A DNA stretch of 64,000 bases from Gracilinanus agilis (lineage: Eukaryota), in contig NC_058135.1 in NCBI RefSeq assembly GCF_016433145.1, positions 277,017,566 through 277,081,565 of the forward strand, written 5' to 3'. Position 1 is the first letter of the stretch; each line of letters opens with the position of its first letter. Position numbers and translations under genes: made by a program. The notes beneath the pieces are model-generated. The model searched no databases. It was not told the origin of the DNA and saw only the letters and a program-made list of their open reading frames with translations. Shown here piece after piece: positions 61,050 through 64,000 of this stretch.

Positions 61050-64000
61050 AAATAGAGAAAGGAAAGTATTGACCAATTTTCCGAATGGATATTAATGCAA
61101 AAATGTTAAATAAAATACTAACAAGGAGATTAGAGTAATATATTACAAGTATCACACACTATGATCAGGTGGGTTCCGTGCTAGGGTTGCAGGGATGTCT
61201 TCACATTAGAAAAACTATCAGCATAAAATATGAGTAACAAAACCGACAGAAAGCATATGATTAATTCAAGAGATCCAGAAAAAAAAAAGATTTTGAAGAA
61301 ATTCAACAGTCATTCTTATTAAAAACACTAGAAGAGAAAACTAGTTGGCTTAGTTGTAGAAAGCCTGGCTTGGAGATGGGAGATACTGGCTCAAATTTGT
61401 TATCAGACAGTTTCTTGTTTGGCTTTGGGCAAGTCACTTAATCCCACTTGCCTAGTCCTTACCATTCCTCTGCCTTGGAATTGATACATAGTAATAATTC
61501 AAAGATAGAAGTCGATTAGTAAAAAAAAAAAGAGAACATTGGAATGAATGGAACATTCCTCAAAATAATAAATACTATGTATCTTAAATCATCAAAGAGG
61601 ATTATCTTTAATGGGGATAAACTAGAAGCCTTCCCAACAAAATCAGGGGTGAAGCAAAGATATCTATTATCACCACTACCATTGAATACTATACTAGAAA
61701 TATTATCTATAACTATAAGAGAAGAAGAAATTGAAGGAATTATAATAGGCAATAAGGAAACAAGTCTATCACTCTTTGCAGATAATGTGATGATATACTT
61801 AAAGAATCCTAGAAAATCAACCAAAAAACTAATTAAAATAATTAACAATTTTAGATAAATCAAGGCATATAATATGAAACCATATAAATATCTGATCTTT
61901 ATACTACCATAAAAGCCCTAAAGCAAGAGATAGAAAGAGAAATTCCATTTAAAATATCTGTAGACCATATGAAATATTTGCAAGTCAACCTGCCAAGGCA
62001 AATTCAGGAGCTATATGATCACAACTTCAAAACACTTTTCACACAAATAAAGTCAGATCCAAACAACTTGAAAAACATTAATTACTCATGGATAGGACAT
62101 GCCAGTATAATACCAATGACAATTCTACGTAAATTAGCTTATCTATTCAGTGCCACACCAATCAAACTATGCAGAAATAATCTCATAGAGCTAGAAAAAA
62201 CAATAATAAAATTCATCTGGAAGAACTAAAGGCCAAGAATATCAAGGGAATTATTTAAAATATATGAAGGAATGTGGCCTATCTGTATAGGATCTCAAAC
62301 TCTTTTATTTATTTTTTAAATGTTTATCTTATGCCTTAGATACAATATTGTGTATTTATTTTATTTGTTTTTAAAAAATGTTTACCTTCTGCCTTAGAAC
62401 TGTGTATTGGTTCTAAGGCAGAAGAGTGGTAAGGGCTAGGCAGTGGGGATTAAGTGACTTGATCAGAGTCACACAGCTAAGAAGTGTCTGAGGCCATATT
62501 TGAACCTAGGATTTCTTGCTCTAGGCCTGACTCTCAATCTGCTGAGCCACCCAGCTGGCCCCCTCAAAATCTTTTATAAAACTGAAAGCATCTAAATAAT
62601 GTTATACTGGTAATAAAATAGTGTACTTTATCAATGGAATAGATTAAGCATTCAACATGTAGTAGTAAATAATGTAATCTGTGACAAACCCAAAGAACTA
62701 AACTTTTGGAAAAATAACTAACTTTTTGGTCAAAACTGATGGAAAAATGTAAAATAGCATGGCAGAAACTAGGCACTGACCAATACCTCACACCATACAC
62801 AAAGGTAAAGTCTAAATGGATACATGATTTAGAAATAAAGGTGATATCATAATCAAATTAGAGGAATATGGAATAGTTTGCCTAAGTATAAAGGAAGAAT
62901 TTATGTACAAAGAAGATACAGAGAATATAATTCAATGTAAAAAAGATAGCTTTGAATACAAAATTAAAGAAATTTTGCACAAACAAAACTAATGCAACCA
63001 AGATGAAAAAAGAAAAAAACAAACTGGGAAAAAAACATTCATAGGAAGTATCTTTGGCAAAGGTCTCAATTCTCAAATACATAGATAATTCAGTAAAATT
63101 TATAAGAATACAAAGCATTCTCCAATTGACAAGTGGTCAGAGGATATGAAGAGATAGTTCTTTGGTGAAGAAATTAAAAGTATCTTTATCCATAAGAAAA
63201 AGTGATCTAAATCACTATTAGAGAAATGTAATTAAAAAAAAAAACTCTAAGGTACCACATCATGACTATCAAACTGGCTAATAAAACAGAAAAGGAAAGT
63301 TGGGACTCTAATATACTTTTGTCAGAGCTCTGAACTGATACAGCTATTCTGGAAATTTTGAAACCATGCCCAGAGCTCCATACAACTGTGCACATCCTTT
63401 GGCCCAGCAATACCATTAGCATGTCTCTATTCAAAAGAGAACAAAAATAGAGAAAAAGGACCATTTGGTAAAAAGTATTCTTAGCAGCTCTTTTTGTGGT
63501 GGCAAGGAACTAGAAACTGATGGGATATCCATCAACTGAGGAACTACTAAATAATATGTATGATTGTAATGGAATAATATTGTGCCATAAGAAGTAACAA
63601 GCAAGATAATCACACATACATGCACATAGAAAAAAATGGAAAGGTTCATGTGAAGTAATGGAAAATGAACAATTCCAGGAAACATTGCACAAAGTAACAG
63701 CAATAGAATATGGTGGTCAATTATGAATGACCATTTAATTATTATCAGTAATGCAAGAATCTAGGACAACTCCAAGGACAACAAATCCAATTGTGATTAA
63801 AATATTGTCCACCATCATAGAAAGAATCCAAAGGAAGATCAAAGTATTTAATTATTCATTTAATTTCCACAATTATCTTGCATCACGTGTAAGTGATATA
63901 TGACTTTTTTCACAACATAATGATACATCTAAACCCATATCATTTTACCTAATATTTTTGGGAGAGTAAAGAAGTGGGGAGGAAGATGGGGGAGAATGTG
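61050..64000 (+). mobile_element. Old degenerate L1 (ORF2 to 3'UTR) with two nested SINE1 insertions
   Basis: RT remnant ORF 61544-61858 (SGVKQR.LLSPL....LSLFADNVMIYL); SINE1 at about 61345-61530 (+) and 62309-62562 (-). Confidence 0.85.
62309..62562 (-). mobile_element. SINE1 with a duplicated 3' tail and 15-bp TSD
   Basis: CTCAAACTCTTTTAT (62294-62308) / CTCAAAATCTTTTAT (62563-62577); two tail copies of aaatgttta.ctt.tgccttaga. Confidence 0.85.

Noticed and set aside
52000-64000. Search for additional OR genes or pseudogene fragments
   Set aside because: No OR motifs (PMYFFL, MAYDRY, KAFSTC, PMLNP) were seen in the ORF track or by eye. Very decayed relics cannot be excluded without TBLASTN.
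1-64000. CRISPR arrays, operons, rRNA or prokaryotic/phage systems
   Set aside because: The sequence is mammalian; there are no regularly spaced repeat-spacer arrays or rRNA-like segments.

Overview
AT-rich marsupial genomic DNA, most likely gray short-tailed opossum (Monodelphis) or a close didelphid. That assignment is inferred from opossum-type SINE1/MAR1 SINEs, L1_Mdo-type LINEs and OposCharlie-type hAT MITEs recognised from memory, not by database search. The window is part of a class II olfactory receptor (OR) cluster with five OR coding exons: two OR5M3-like (1-633, cut by the window edge; 7330-8262), two OR5M9-like (14963-15901; 30885-31823) and one convergent OR8U-like gene (43060-42104, minus strand). 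Both OR5M pairs are tandem duplicates that include their non-coding flanks. Most of the rest is interspersed repeat: L1 (one internally deleted copy with TSDs, one twin-primed inversion), L2, MIR/MAR1, SINE1, a solo LTR and four hAT MITEs, plus a 173-N assembly gap. The other short ORFs in the track are L1 remnants or noise. I found no confidently new gene system. The best leads are in 5'-leader architecture. (i) A duplicated upstream mini-exon (MDSxSxxHDQ) would splice in frame to the OR8U-like gene but meets a TAG directly before the OR ATG. (ii) An 8-codon uORF is conserved 4 nt before both OR5M9-like ATGs. (iii) A 'ghost' OR5M9-like intron copy has no coding exon. All alignments were done by eye and need computational confirmation.
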